Positions 17,042-26,495 of a DNA stretch of 46,288 nt are shown here, piece after piece (position 1 is the first letter of the stretch; each line of letters opens with the position of its first letter). A program made the position numbers and the translations under genes. The notes below the pieces were generated by a model. That model ran no database searches. It saw only the letters and a program-made list of their open reading frames with translations, and was not told where the DNA came from. The stretch is from Pseudomonadota bacterium (lineage in GTDB: Bacteria; Pseudomonadota; Alphaproteobacteria; Caulobacterales; Hyphomonadaceae), in the NCBI GenBank assembly GCA_038527085.1, contig JBCBGD010000001.1, positions 240-46,527 on the forward strand. Direction: 5' to 3'.

Positions 17042-17467
17042 ATGGCCAAAGCCCAAAAAACCCAAACGCCCTTCGAAATGATGGCCCCTGAAGCCGTTCG
17101 CGAGAATATGGACCGCTTCATGAGCCTCGCCGGTGAAATGACCGAACTGTCCCGCGAAGGCCTGACCGCTGCTACCGCAAGCGCGCAGGCGTCTGCCAAA
17201 GGCGCCCAGGAAATCAACACCAAAGCGCTTGCATTCTTCCAGGAAAGCATGGCGACCGGCATGGAAGCCTCCAAGACAGTCGGCGCCGCGAAATCCCTCC
17301 AAGAGGCCATGGAGCTTCAGGCGAATTTTGCAAAGACTGCCTTCGACACCTGCATGAAGCAGTTCGGCGAAATGGCGAGCCTCTACGCCTCGACCATGAA
17401 AGAAGCCAGCGCGCCGCTGAACGCCCACGCAGGCACCATGGTTGAAAAACTGCAAGCGGTGAAGTAA
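17042..17467 (+). CDS. phasin family protein (PHA granule-associated)
   Basis: A 141-aa, Ala/Glu/Lys-rich, all-helical protein resembling the alphaproteobacterial phasin family. A strong terminator follows it. Confidence 0.65.
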   Translation: MAKAQKTQTPFEMMAPEAVRENMDRFMSLAGEMTELSREGLTAATASAQASAKGAQEINTKALAFFQESMATGMEASKTVGAAKSLQEAMELQANFAKTAFDTCMKQFGEMASLYASTMKEASAPLNAHAGTMVEKLQAVK

Positions 17468-17501
17468 CACTCCCGCTCAGTAGAGTAAGCGTAAAGTAGA
17501 A

Positions 17502-17530
17502 AGCCGACCTCTGATTGAGGTCGGCTTTTT
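17502..17530 (+). terminator. rho-independent terminator after the phasin gene
   Basis: AGCCGACCTC - tgatt - GAGGTCGGCT is a perfect 10-bp stem followed by TTTT. Confidence 0.85.
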
Positions 17531-17552
17531 GCAATCTTACAGGGAGGTCTGA

Positions 17553-17975
17553 ATGCAGTTTCTTGAATTCGAGACACTGACCCGTCCAGCCTCGCCAAAC
17601 ACGTTCCTCTTGGCGCCAGAAGGCCTCTGTCAGAATGCAGAGCCTGATCGCGCCCCGCCGGCATTCGGCGAAAGTGCCAAGGATCTCTTTGCCATCCTGT
17701 CACGGATCGTGCGCGATGATGGCTCGTTTCGTCAGATCGATGAGGACCGCGAATCGCTTAGGCTGCGCTTCGTCGCAGTGACGTCTTTTCTGCGGTTCAA
17801 GGATGACGTCGATGTCCAGGTCATTCCAGCCAATGACTCCGGCAGCATCAAGTCGCCCGGCAGCACGCTGGCGGTCTATTCCAGGTCGCGCGTCGGCTAT
17901 TCAGATCTCGGTGCGAATGAGAAACGTGTGGGCATGCTCCTGAATAGGCTCGCTTCGGCCACACACCCGGCTTGA
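17553..17975 (+). CDS. DUF1499 domain-containing protein
   Basis: RFKDDVDVQV and VYSRSRVGYSDLGANEKRV match the DUF1499 family as recalled. GGGAGG lies upstream of the ATG. Confidence 0.7.
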   Translation: MQFLEFETLTRPASPNTFLLAPEGLCQNAEPDRAPPAFGESAKDLFAILSRIVRDDGSFRQIDEDRESLRLRFVAVTSFLRFKDDVDVQVIPANDSGSIKSPGSTLAVYSRSRVGYSDLGANEKRVGMLLNRLASATHPA

Positions 17976-18025
17976 TTCTGTTTCGTGTCGAGGTCAGGCT
18001 TCCGATATGGAACGAATGACCTATC

Positions 18026-18409
18026 TTGGACATCATGCTGAATAAGCTTCTTCCAATGACCATGAGCGATCCAGACGATCCGGGCACACCGGGCAATGGA
18101 AACGATGATGATGGCAAGATCGGCCTGGCCACGCGCACGCGTGTCCGGACAAAGAAGCCGTCGCTTTATCGCGTCATGCTCCTAAATGACGACTATACTC
18201 CCATGGAGTTTGTCGTCTTCGTGCTCGAGCGGTTCTTCAACAAAAGCCGCGAGGAGGCCACGCGGATCATGCTGCATGTGCATCAGAAGGGTGTCGGACT
18301 GTGCGGCGTGTACACATATGAAGTGGCAGAGACCAAGGTGGCGCAAGTGCTCGACATGGCCCAGCGCAACCAGCACCCGCTGCAGTGCATCATGGAAAAA
18401 GACGATTAG
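18026..18409 (+). CDS. clpS: ATP-dependent Clp protease adaptor ClpS
   Basis: [27 protein letters not shown] and [27 protein letters not shown] are present. The start is uncertain (TTG 18026, ATG 18035 or later Met codons). Confidence 0.9.
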   Translation: MDIMLNKLLPMTMSDPDDPGTPGNGNDDDGKIGLATRTRVRTKKPSLYRVMLLNDDYTPMEFVVFVLERFFNKSREEATRIMLHVHQKGVGLCGVYTYEVAETKVAQVLDMAQRNQHPLQCIMEKDD

Positions 18410-18421
18410 AGGACCGAGATA

Positions 18422-20740
18422 TTGCCAAGCCTGACCCCCTCACTGGAAACCGCCCTGGAGAACGCTCTGACCTTCGCATCGGAGCGCGACCACGAATATG
18501 CAACGCTCGAACATCTCTTGCTTGCTCTTGTCGATGACGAGGACGCTGCGGAAGTGATGGCGGCCTGCAAGGTCGATCTGGGCAAGCTCGGAGAGGACCT
18601 GACACACTATCTCGACGCTGAACTCTCAAGCTTGATCGCTGAAGAGAACGAAGGGCGTGTGCAACCCACCGCAGCCTTCCAGCGCGTGGTCCAGCGCGCA
18701 ATCCTTCATGTTGAAAGTTCCGGGCGTGATGAGGTGACAGGCGCGAACGTCCTGATTTCGATCTTCTCGGAGCGTGAGAGTCACGCCGCCTTCTTCCTGC
18801 AAGAGCAGGATATGACCCGCTACGACGCGGTAAATTACGTCTCCCACGGCGTGGCCAAGAAACCTGGCGCGTCACGCAGCCAGACGCCGCGCGGCGCTGA
18901 GGCCAATGAGGACGGCAATGTGAAGTCGGGCAACGAAGCCCTCGATGCCTACTGCGTGAATCTCAATGAGAAAGCAAAGGGTGGGAAAATTGATCCCCTG
19001 ATCGGCCGGGAAATGGAAATCGAACGCTGCATCGAAATTCTTTGCCGGCGCAACAAGAACAATCCGATCCTCGTCGGCGACCCTGGTGTCGGCAAGACTG
19101 CCATCGCTGAGGGTCTTGCGAAGAAAATCGTTGATGGCGAAGTGCCTGAAATTCTCGAAGAGGCTGTCATCTACTCCCTCGACATGGGCGCCTTGCTCGC
19201 GGGGACGCGCTATCGTGGTGATTTCGAAGAGCGCTTGAAGTCCGTCATGAAAGAGATGGAGGGCCTCGATAAAGGTGTCCTCTTTATCGACGAGATTCAC
19301 ACGGTCATCGGTGCGGGCGCGACCTCTGGCGGCGCCATGGATGCGTCGAACCTTCTGAAGCCTGCGCTCCAGAACGGCGAATTGCGTTGTATGGGTTCGA
19401 CGACTTTCAAGGAATACAAGCAGCACTTCGAGAAGGACCGCGCGCTCAGTCGCCGCTTCCGCAAGATTGACGTGGTCGAGCCGTCCGTGCCTGACGCGGT
19501 GAAGATTCTCACAGGTCTCAAGCCAAAGTTCGAGGAGTTCCACGGCCTTCGCTACACCAACGAGGCCATCCGGACTGCCGTCGAGCTGTCTGATCGCTAT
19601 CTCACTGACAGGAAACTGCCTGACAAGGCGATCGATGTGATCGACGAGGCGGGCGCAAGCCAGTGGCTGAAACCTGAGAGCAAGCGGCGCAAGGTCGTGG
19701 GCGTGAAGGATATCGAGGCGATCGTCGCCAAGATCGCGCGCATTCCCCCGAAACAGGTCTCCAAGGACGACGCTGCCCAACTCAAGTCGCTCGAGGTTGA
19801 TCTCAAGCGCGTTGTGTTCGGCCAGGACGAAGCAATCGAAGCGTTGTCAGCGGCCATCAAGATGGCGCGGGCAGGGCTGCGCGAGCCGAACAAACCGATC
19901 GGCTCCTATCTGTTCACAGGCCCGACAGGCGTTGGCAAGACCGAAGTGGCCAAGCAGCTTGCGTCCATCCTGGGCGTGGAAATGCTTCGCTTCGACATGT
20001 CGGAATATATGGAGCGCCACACGGTCTCTCGCCTGATCGGCGCGCCTCCTGGCTATGTGGGGTATGACCAGGGCGGCCTTCTGACAGACGGCGTTGATCA
20101 GAACCCGCATTGCGTTCTGCTGCTCGACGAGATCGAGAAGGCGCATCAGGATCTCTACAACATCCTGTTGCAGGTGATGGACAATGGCACGCTGACGGAT
20201 GCCAACGGCCGCAAGGTCGATTTCCGGAACGTGATCCTGATCATGACCACCAACGCCGGCGCGTCAGATGCGGCCCAGAACGCCATCGGCTTTGGGGCTG
20301 GCAAGAAGGAGGACGAGCAGGAAGAGGCACTCAAGCGCTTGTTCACGCCCGAGTTCCGCAACCGTCTCGATGCGACCATCGTGTTCGGCGCGCTCACGCC
20401 GGAGATCATCCAGCGCGTGGTCGAGAAGTTCGTGCTGCAGCTCGAAATCCAGCTGGCAGACCGCAATGTCACCATCTCGATCACCGACAAGGCCAAGGAC
20501 TGGCTCGCTGCGCGTGGCTTCGACAGCGAGATGGGTGCGCGCCCGCTTGCCAGGACCATTCAGGAGCACGTCAAGAAGCCCATGGCGGAGGAGCTTTTGT
20601 TCGGCAAACTGGCCAAGGGCGGCGAGGTCAAGATCGATGTTGCCCGCAAGGACAGCAAGAAGCTGAAGTTCACCTATGTGGAAAACAAACCGCGCAAGTC
20701 CGGCAAGAAATCAGCCGAGGATTCGGCTGAAACGGTCTGA
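18422..20740 (+). CDS. clpA: ATP-dependent Clp protease ATP-binding subunit ClpA
   Basis: An N-domain precedes two AAA+ modules ([10 protein letters not shown] and [15 protein letters not shown]). No ClpB-type long middle domain is present. The gene is adjacent to clpS. TTG start. Confidence 0.92.
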   Translation: MPSLTPSLETALENALTFASERDHEYATLEHLLLALVDDEDAAEVMAACKVDLGKLGEDLTHYLDAELSSLIAEENEGRVQPTAAFQRVVQRAILHVESSGRDEVTGANVLISIFSERESHAAFFLQEQDMTRYDAVNYVSHGVAKKPGASRSQTPRGAEANEDGNVKSGNEALDAYCVNLNEKAKGGKIDPLIGREMEIERCIEILCRRNKNNPILVGDPGVGKTAIAEGLAKKIVDGEVPEILEEAVIYSLDMGALLAGTRYRGDFEERLKSVMKEMEGLDKGVLFIDEIHTVIGAGATSGGAMDASNLLKPALQNGELRCMGSTTFKEYKQHFEKDRALSRRFRKIDVVEPSVPDAVKILTGLKPKFEEFHGLRYTNEAIRTAVELSDRYLTDRKLPDKAIDVIDEAGASQWLKPESKRRKVVGVKDIEAIVAKIARIPPKQVSKDDAAQLKSLEVDLKRVVFGQDEAIEALSAAIKMARAGLREPNKPIGSYLFTGPTGVGKTEVAKQLASILGVEMLRFDMSEYMERHTVSRLIGAPPGYVGYDQGGLLTDGVDQNPHCVLLLDEIEKAHQDLYNILLQVMDNGTLTDANGRKVDFRNVILIMTTNAGASDAAQNAIGFGAGKKEDEQEEALKRLFTPEFRNRLDATIVFGALTPEIIQRVVEKFVLQLEIQLADRNVTISITDKAKDWLAARGFDSEMGARPLARTIQEHVKKPMAEELLFGKLAKGGEVKIDVARKDSKKLKFTYVENKPRKSGKKSAEDSAETV

Positions 20741-20753
20741 TCTGAAATTCGGT

Positions 20754-20797
20754 TAAAAAAAGCGGCGAGCCGATCAGAGGCTCGCCGCTTTCGTTTG
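20754..20797. terminator. bidirectional rho-independent terminator (clpA and the convergent hypothetical gene)
   Basis: AGCGGCGAGCC - gatcaga - GGCTCGCCGCT is an 11-bp stem. A7 lies upstream (U7 on the minus strand) and TTTCGTTTG lies downstream. Confidence 0.85.
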
Positions 20798-20806
20798 TCG
20801 CGCACA

Positions 20807-21853
20807 TCAGTCCCAAAGTTCACCGAGCTCGAGCTGCTCTCGCCAGGTGTCGCCAACCCGCTCCTGGTCGCCATGGGGATGGCGGCGCAGCCGGTGGCCG
20901 AGCGTGAAGGCTGACGGCCCCGTCCTCACGTCGACGACGGCGAGCGCGCGAACGATCTCGCGCAGAGCCTCTTCCGGCGCCTCACCGTTGGCGTGCACCT
21001 CAGCTTCTGCGAGTCGCCAGCCTGCAGGGTCCCACCGAAGGGCCAGAACGACTTCAGGCTGGCCCTTCCAGACGTAAGCCGCCATTCGGCCAAGCACCAT
21101 GTCGTGCTTGAAGTCGCGCAGGCAGTTCTTGAACTCCAGAGCGACCCTGTCGATCGCGCTGGCCCTGCGGACGGCCACGAACGGCTCAGGCAGTTCGGGC
21201 GGAGGCAGCGGCGCGTTGAACTCTTCGGCCACCAATGCATCAGCAGCCTTCGAGAACAGTCTCACCGTGTCCTCAGCCTTCACCAGCGCCTTGACCAAAC
21301 GCCCCAGCGTCTTCGGCCCGTGGATACGCTCCACGAGGGCGAAAGCCAGACCAAGATCGCGGGCCGCCTGGACGCTGGGCACCATCGCCACCACGCGAGC
21401 CTCGTGCAGGCTCACGGGAAGGGCGTAGACGATGGCCAGCTGACCTGGGCGGATGTCCGCCATATGGCGCAGCACCCGGTTGGCGGCTGGCTGTGCGAAC
21501 ATGTCCAGGAAGCGATCGTACTGATCGCGCCGCCAGAGCGTCTCGCCCATCCGGCCCAGCGCCTTCATCAGACCTGCATGGTCGTCAGAGCGGCTGAGGC
21601 GACGCGCAAGGGCGGCGTCCTTATGGCGCTCTACCATCGCGGCGAGGCCAGCCAGGTCCCGTTCACCATGCGACAGCAGGATGGCTGCGGCATGCCTGCG
21701 CGCAGCAGGCAGGGCGAGGAAGTCCCGGTGCGGCGCAGGCCAGACGCTCGCAATCGCGCCGGCATGCGGTCCCGCCAGAAACTGAAGCAAAGGCGTGGCG
21801 CCGCTGGATTTCAGCGAGGCCTTCTGTGTGCGCTCAGTCATGCCATTGGCCAT
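20807..21853 (-). CDS. hypothetical protein (348 aa), no recognisable domain
   Basis: GGAGG lies 6 nt upstream of ATG 21853. The composition is coding-like, whereas the antisense 288-aa ORF is His/Arg/Gln-rich shadow. The gene is bracketed by terminators. Confidence 0.65.
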   Translation of the reverse strand: MANGMTERTQKASLKSSGATPLLQFLAGPHAGAIASVWPAPHRDFLALPAARRHAAAILLSHGERDLAGLAAMVERHKDAALARRLSRSDDHAGLMKALGRMGETLWRRDQYDRFLDMFAQPAANRVLRHMADIRPGQLAIVYALPVSLHEARVVAMVPSVQAARDLGLAFALVERIHGPKTLGRLVKALVKAEDTVRLFSKAADALVAEEFNAPLPPPELPEPFVAVRRASAIDRVALEFKNCLRDFKHDMVLGRMAAYVWKGQPEVVLALRWDPAGWRLAEAEVHANGEAPEEALREIVRALAVVDVRTGPSAFTLGHRLRRHPHGDQERVGDTWREQLELGELWD

Positions 21854-22142
21854 GGCTGACCTCCATTGCCGGAATGCTGTACAGGCAAAGGCCCCGCGCT
21901 GATCGCACGGCCTACCCTGGCATTCGTTGCGTCTATGACTTTGTAAGTCTCAGCCTTCGCCGGCAACGGCTCGGAAAGGCTGTGATTGCCCTCCCGAAAT
22001 GGGATGGGCCTGTATATCGTCGCATCGATATCGCCGCATCTGTGCATCCCTTAAATTCAGCGCGTGTCGCTGAGCAGAGGTCGATACGGATGGAATGTGA
22101 CACCAGTTTGGCAGGAACCAAAGAAATCGGCGTCAGGGGCTG

Positions 22143-22174
22143 GAAAACAAAAGAGCCGCCCCGAGGGGCGGCTC
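22143..22174 (-). terminator. rho-independent terminator (minus strand)
   Basis: On the minus strand, GAGCCGCCCC-tc-GGGGCGGCTC is followed by TTTTGTTTT. Confidence 0.85.
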
Positions 22175-22228
22175 CCGTGAGCCGGAAGGCTCTTGGATCT
22201 TTAGGCCTGTGTCAGGCCATGGGGTTCA

Positions 22229-22309
22229 TCAGATGGCGCGAAGAGGCTGCTCAACGTCTCCACCAAAACGAACCGACCCAATCGCCGTTCCTGGTTTCTC
22301 ACTTGACAT
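22229..22309 (-). CDS. 26-aa small ORF with an extended Shine-Dalgarno sequence
   Basis: The minus strand reads GAAAGGAGGTGATCCA-ATG. Product: MSSEKPGTAIGSVRFGGDVEQPLRAI, ending in TGA. The terminator at 22174..22143 begins about 55 nt after the stop. Whether it is translated is unproven. Confidence 0.4.
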   Translation of the reverse strand: MSSEKPGTAIGSVRFGGDVEQPLRAI

Positions 22310-22472
22310 TGGATCACCTCCTTTCAGTTGCTTCAGTCCAAAAAGCGAATGCCTGCTGCAATCAGCAGACACCCAACACGTAGCAGGATGCGTGCCTAAG
22401 AAAAGGTAAAAACTGAACTGAACTTGCGCTTTGCACACACATGTTTGTCAAACGCTGCTCTAAGCGAGACCT

Positions 22473-22913
22473 ATGCCCGACGATTTCGACAAGGACATTG
22501 CGATCACCAGCTCGCTCAGCTTGCCTGCCTGGGAGCTAAGCGAGCAGTTTGTGCGCGCGTCAGGGCCGGGCGGGCAGAACGTCAACAAAGTCGCAACGGC
22601 GGTTCAGCTGCGCTGGAATGTTCAGCGCTCTTCGCTGCCCGCCGCTGTGAAGGCACGGTTCGCAAGGAGAAATGCCAAGCGTCTGTCGAATGACGGCGAT
22701 CTCGTCGTCGAATCGACGCGCCACCGTAGCCAAGCCCTGAACCGGGCAGACGCACGCAAGCGTTTGGCTGAGATGATCGCGAGTGTTGCGGCGCCACCGA
22801 AGAAAAGGATCCGCACACGCCCAACGGCGGGGTCAGTGAGGCGCCGGCTCAAAGCGAAGAAACGGCGAAGCGAGTTGAAGTCGCTTCGTGGCAGCGTTGA
22901 TCCAGAGGATTAA
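22473..22913 (+). CDS. arfB: alternative ribosome-rescue factor ArfB (peptidyl-tRNA hydrolase, YaeJ family)
   Basis: ASGPGGQNVNKVATAV carries the GGQ motif. A basic C-terminal tail (KKRIRTRPTAGSVRRRLKAKKRRSELK) is present. Length is 146 aa. Confidence 0.88.
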   Translation: MPDDFDKDIAITSSLSLPAWELSEQFVRASGPGGQNVNKVATAVQLRWNVQRSSLPAAVKARFARRNAKRLSNDGDLVVESTRHRSQALNRADARKRLAEMIASVAAPPKKRIRTRPTAGSVRRRLKAKKRRSELKSLRGSVDPED

Positions 22914-22915
22914 GT

Positions 22916-23854
22916 CTAACGCATGAGGCCGATCTCCCGCAGCCGTTCCAGAAGGTAATCCTGAGCCGTGATGGGGGCGAATCGCTCCGCGCCCTTTTCG
23001 AGGCATTGCGGAAGGGTCTCGATCAGCACGTCAGGCGCAAAGTGAAGGAAGAATGGGGTGGAGTAGCGCGGATATCGTGCGCGCTCCGGAGACGGGTTGA
23101 CCACGCGGTGGGTGGTGGACGGAAGCAAGCCGCCCGTCAGCCTTTGCAACATATCCCCCACATTGATCACGAGTGCGCCGGGCGGCGGATTGATGCTCAG
23201 CCAGTCGCCTGAGCGATGCTTGACCTCAAGGCCTGCCTCTTCAGCGCCAAGCAGCAGCGTGATCACGTTGATGTCTTCGTGAGCCCCTGCGCGCACAGAG
23301 CCTTTCGGCGGCGGCGCAAGCTGTGGGGGATAGTGGAGGAGCCGCAGGATCGAATTCCCGGCCGACACGCGTGGCGTGAACCAATCCTTCTCCAGGCCAA
23401 GATCCATGGCGACGGCCTGGAGAATGCGTTGGCCCATTTTGTCCAGCGCGTCGAAGAGCGCCCGAGTGGCCGCATCGAAGCCGTCCACCTCAGAAACCGA
23501 AGGCGTTGGTCGCATCAAGTCTTCGAGGCCAGAGCCTTCCGGTGCGTCGCGTCCTGTGTGCCAGAACTCTTTCTGGTCCGCCGCCGCACGGCCTTTGGCG
23601 TTCTCGGTGGCGAAAGCGGTATAGCCTCTTTGGCCGCCATGCTCACGATCGTCGTACTTGAGTTTCACGTCAGGGGGCAGGGCGAAGAACGCCTTCATTG
23701 AGGCAATCGCCCGGTCGATCGTCTCGTCGGCAACGGGATGATTCTCGATCACCGCGAACCCTGTTTCCCTGAAACTCGCGCCAAGCTTTTCTGCAAAGTC
23801 TTGAGGGGTGTCCTGCAACAGGGCGAAGTCGATGGGGTGAAAATACGTGCTCAT
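22916..23854 (-). CDS. 2-oxoglutarate/Fe(II)-dependent oxygenase (isopenicillin N synthase family)
   Basis: An HxD...H triad context is present (AGAHEDINVITLLL ... LPSTTHRVVNP). The N-terminal GFAVIENHPV is typical of the DIOX_N region. I chose ATG 23854 as the start; the 24 residues upstream in the ORF track look non-coding. Confidence 0.78.
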   Translation of the reverse strand: MSTYFHPIDFALLQDTPQDFAEKLGASFRETGFAVIENHPVADETIDRAIASMKAFFALPPDVKLKYDDREHGGQRGYTAFATENAKGRAAADQKEFWHTGRDAPEGSGLEDLMRPTPSVSEVDGFDAATRALFDALDKMGQRILQAVAMDLGLEKDWFTPRVSAGNSILRLLHYPPQLAPPPKGSVRAGAHEDINVITLLLGAEEAGLEVKHRSGDWLSINPPPGALVINVGDMLQRLTGGLLPSTTHRVVNPSPERARYPRYSTPFFLHFAPDVLIETLPQCLEKGAERFAPITAQDYLLERLREIGLMR

Positions 23855-24144
23855 GGGCGCTTGATAAGGCGCAGCGGATCGGAAGGAAAGTCGCGCAAGG
23901 TCACAGGCAACTGAACACTGAAGCACAGGCCAAAGCCGCAGATTCGGTGCGGTCGCTCATGAATATGAATCTTGTGTCGAGTTTTGTTCACATACTGATG
24001 GTTTGCACAGCCTTTCATTAACCAAGACGCAAAGCCTTCAGGGCACCTTTTGCGTGTCGCCGTTGGGGCGGCGGATGGGCGTTTGCCAGGCAAGATCGCA
24101 AGACAGCGGCAGGTGGCAGACGCGGGTGTTGAAGGAAGACAGAA

Positions 24145-24420
24145 ATGCCGTTTGCAGAGTTTGAGATCGAATTTGCGCCCACCGAAGGGCTAAGCGCTGA
24201 GAGTGATAGTGAAGCGCTTTACCGCGCGGGCCTGGCCTATTCGCTGGGCGAGGATGTTGAAATGGACCTTGTGGAAGCCCACAAATGGTTCAACCTCGCC
24301 GCGTCGCGCGGACACGAAGCTGCCAAGGACCTTCGCCAGGAAATGGCTGACCAGATGAGCCAGGACGATATTCGCCTTGCACTTAAAGCGGCCCGCGAGT
24401 GGATGCGCTCCATGAACTGA
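24145..24420 (+). CDS. small Sel1-repeat protein
   Basis: EALYRAGLAYSLGEDVEMDLVEAHKWFNLAASRGHEAA is a Sel1/TPR-like repeat. Length is 91 aa. Confidence 0.65.
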   Translation: MPFAEFEIEFAPTEGLSAESDSEALYRAGLAYSLGEDVEMDLVEAHKWFNLAASRGHEAAKDLRQEMADQMSQDDIRLALKAAREWMRSMN

Positions 24421-24537
24421 ACCTCTCAAACGGGGCGCGTATCAGTTCGCGCAACGTGAGGTTTGGTAAATCAAAATTAACCGGCTCGAGGACTCATACC
24501 TCAAATCGCTGAGATGCGACTGAGAAAGAGGCCTGCC

Positions 24538-25686
24538 ATGCGAGTGCAATCGCTGCGACCCGAGCTGACCCAGGATGACATCCTGCGGCTGATGAAAGGC
24601 GAGACGCCAGAAGCGCGCGCCTCTGTAGCCCACCGTTTGTGCAGGCGGATGGCGCTGGATGTGCTGACGCAGCAAGAGCGGGCCTATGCCGAGGAGATCA
24701 TGACGATCCTCGCGCGCGACACAGCCGAACTTGTCCGCCGCACCCTGGCGATCACCCTGCGCAATTCACCCCTCCTGCCGCGAGGACTCGCGCTGGAATT
24801 GGCGCAAGACGTTGAAACCGTCGCCATCCCCATCCTCGAGAATTCTCCAGCTTTCACAGAACAGGATCTTATCGAGCTTGTGCTGTCGGCGACCTCTGCC
24901 AAACAGACGGCGATTGCAAACCGCGGCGAGGTGACCTGTACGCTGGCCGAAGTCATCGCAGAGCACGCGGCCGTTGAGGCGGTCAAGACGCTCGCGGCCA
25001 ATCCTGGCGCCGACATGACCGACAAGGCTTTTGCCGACACGATTGAGCGTTTTCCGCGCGATGAAGGCGTTCAGGCTGCCATTGTCGGTCGCGAACATGT
25101 GCCCATGCACATTGCCGAGAAGATGGTCTCGCTCGTCTCGGGCAAGGTGTTTGATCTTCTGGTCAATCGACATCAGTTGCCTGCGCAAATGGCCATTGAG
25201 CTCGCATCAAACGCCCGCGAGCGGGCCACTGTGGACCTTGTCGATCAGGCTGGCAGAACCGAGGACCTTCCCCGTTTCGTCTCGCAGCTCAACCTCAACG
25301 GGCGCCTGACGCACTCCCTGATTCTGCGTGCCCTATGCGTAGGGCATATGTCGTTCGTCGAGCATGCGCTTGCAGAGCTTTCGGGCGTGCCCCACCAGCG
25401 CGTGTGGCTGATGGTGCATGATGCCGGACCGCTGGGGCTTCAGGCCGTTTTCGACCGTGCGGCGTTGCCCAGACGGTTCCTGCCCGTCTTCCGCGCCGCG
25501 GTAGGTGTCTATCACGACACCCAGCACGATGGCGGTCGCGATGACCGGACGCGGTTCCGGCTTCGGATGATCGAACGGGTGCTCACGCAGATACAGTCGC
25601 TTCCGCGCGAGGATGTCGACTATCTGCTCGAAAAACTTGATGCCTACAGCGAGGCGATCGAGTCTGGCGAATCCGACGCCGCCTGA
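24538..25686 (+). CDS. DUF2336-like HEAT/ARM-repeat protein
   Basis: Helical repeats of the type VRRTLAITLRNSPLLPRGLALELAQDVETVAIPILENSPAFTEQDLIELV match my recollection of alphaproteobacterial DUF2336 proteins. The start is ATG 24538 (AGAGG upstream) or ATG 24514. Confidence 0.5.
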   Translation: MRVQSLRPELTQDDILRLMKGETPEARASVAHRLCRRMALDVLTQQERAYAEEIMTILARDTAELVRRTLAITLRNSPLLPRGLALELAQDVETVAIPILENSPAFTEQDLIELVLSATSAKQTAIANRGEVTCTLAEVIAEHAAVEAVKTLAANPGADMTDKAFADTIERFPRDEGVQAAIVGREHVPMHIAEKMVSLVSGKVFDLLVNRHQLPAQMAIELASNARERATVDLVDQAGRTEDLPRFVSQLNLNGRLTHSLILRALCVGHMSFVEHALAELSGVPHQRVWLMVHDAGPLGLQAVFDRAALPRRFLPVFRAAVGVYHDTQHDGGRDDRTRFRLRMIERVLTQIQSLPREDVDYLLEKLDAYSEAIESGESDAA

Positions 25687-25687
25687 C

Positions 25688-26395
25688 TCAGCTGTCCGTG
25701 CGGGCCTTGAAGAGGTGGGTCAGCCCTGCGTCTTCATACTCGCCGTATGCAGACCACTTTCCGCCAAAGCCTATGGATTGAACGCCAGCAACGCCGAATT
25801 CGGTGACGCTATCAGCAAGATCGGCTTCGATGCTGAGATGGACCGTGTTGATCCAGACGCAGTCAACCATGAGCATCAGGGCCGGCACGCGAAGGCTTTG
25901 CCATGAGCGCAAGGCGTTAATACCGACTCTGTAGCCTGCGCGCCGAAATTCCCTTACGGCACGTAGCGCTTCGGCAGGTGTCGAGCTCAGCGCGGCATCC
26001 TCGAACACGAGGCAGATCTCCTGGCTGCAGGCCTTCATGCCGTTCAGGGCAATCTTGCAGACGTCCGCCGTGTTGCGATGTGTCAGAGCCGTCGTTGGTG
26101 CAGACACATGGATCGGCCGCGCTCCGATCGCGTCAGCTTCCGCAACTTGGGCGGCGGCCTTGATGCGTGCAGCGAGCCAATCGGCGGGGCAGGTATCAGC
26201 AACGGTCTGCTGTACGGGACCGAACCGAAGGCGCGCGTCATAGACTTCCTGGGTCTCGTGGATGACGCCGCCCGGTGCATAATCAGATAGTCGCGTGAAT
26301 GCCACCAGGCGGTCGTGACTTTCGGTCGAAGGGGCGACGCGTGACTTTAGGGAAGGGGCCGTTCTGGCTTGCATGGATGGGCTCTCTGGAGACAT
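25688..26395 (-). CDS. hypothetical protein, possible degenerate EAL-like domain
   Basis: The segment order resembles an EAL domain but the catalytic motifs are replaced. LVFEDAAL stands in for LEITE. RAGYRVGINALRSWQSL stands in for GxxxALDDFGTGYSSL. LMLMVDCVWI stands in for LKIDRSFV. Confidence 0.4.
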   Translation of the reverse strand: MSPESPSMQARTAPSLKSRVAPSTESHDRLVAFTRLSDYAPGGVIHETQEVYDARLRFGPVQQTVADTCPADWLAARIKAAAQVAEADAIGARPIHVSAPTTALTHRNTADVCKIALNGMKACSQEICLVFEDAALSSTPAEALRAVREFRRAGYRVGINALRSWQSLRVPALMLMVDCVWINTVHLSIEADLADSVTEFGVAGVQSIGFGGKWSAYGEYEDAGLTHLFKARTDS

Positions 26396-26495
26396 GTTGA
26401 GAAAGCCCTAGCAAAACGGCATGAAGGCCACGCGCATGGGGGCCGGCAAGTTCCATCTTGTCTCTTTGGCAATTGGAAATGATTGGAGCGCAGCC

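Noticed and set aside
22310-22325. A 16-nt identity to the 3' end of 16S rRNA (TGGATCACCTCCTTTC) on the plus strand, considered as a possible rRNA gene remnant.
   Set aside because: The flanking sequence shows no resemblance to the 16S 3' domain (nothing like GTAACCGTAGGGGAACCTGCGG upstream). It is more simply read as an extended Shine-Dalgarno on the opposite strand.
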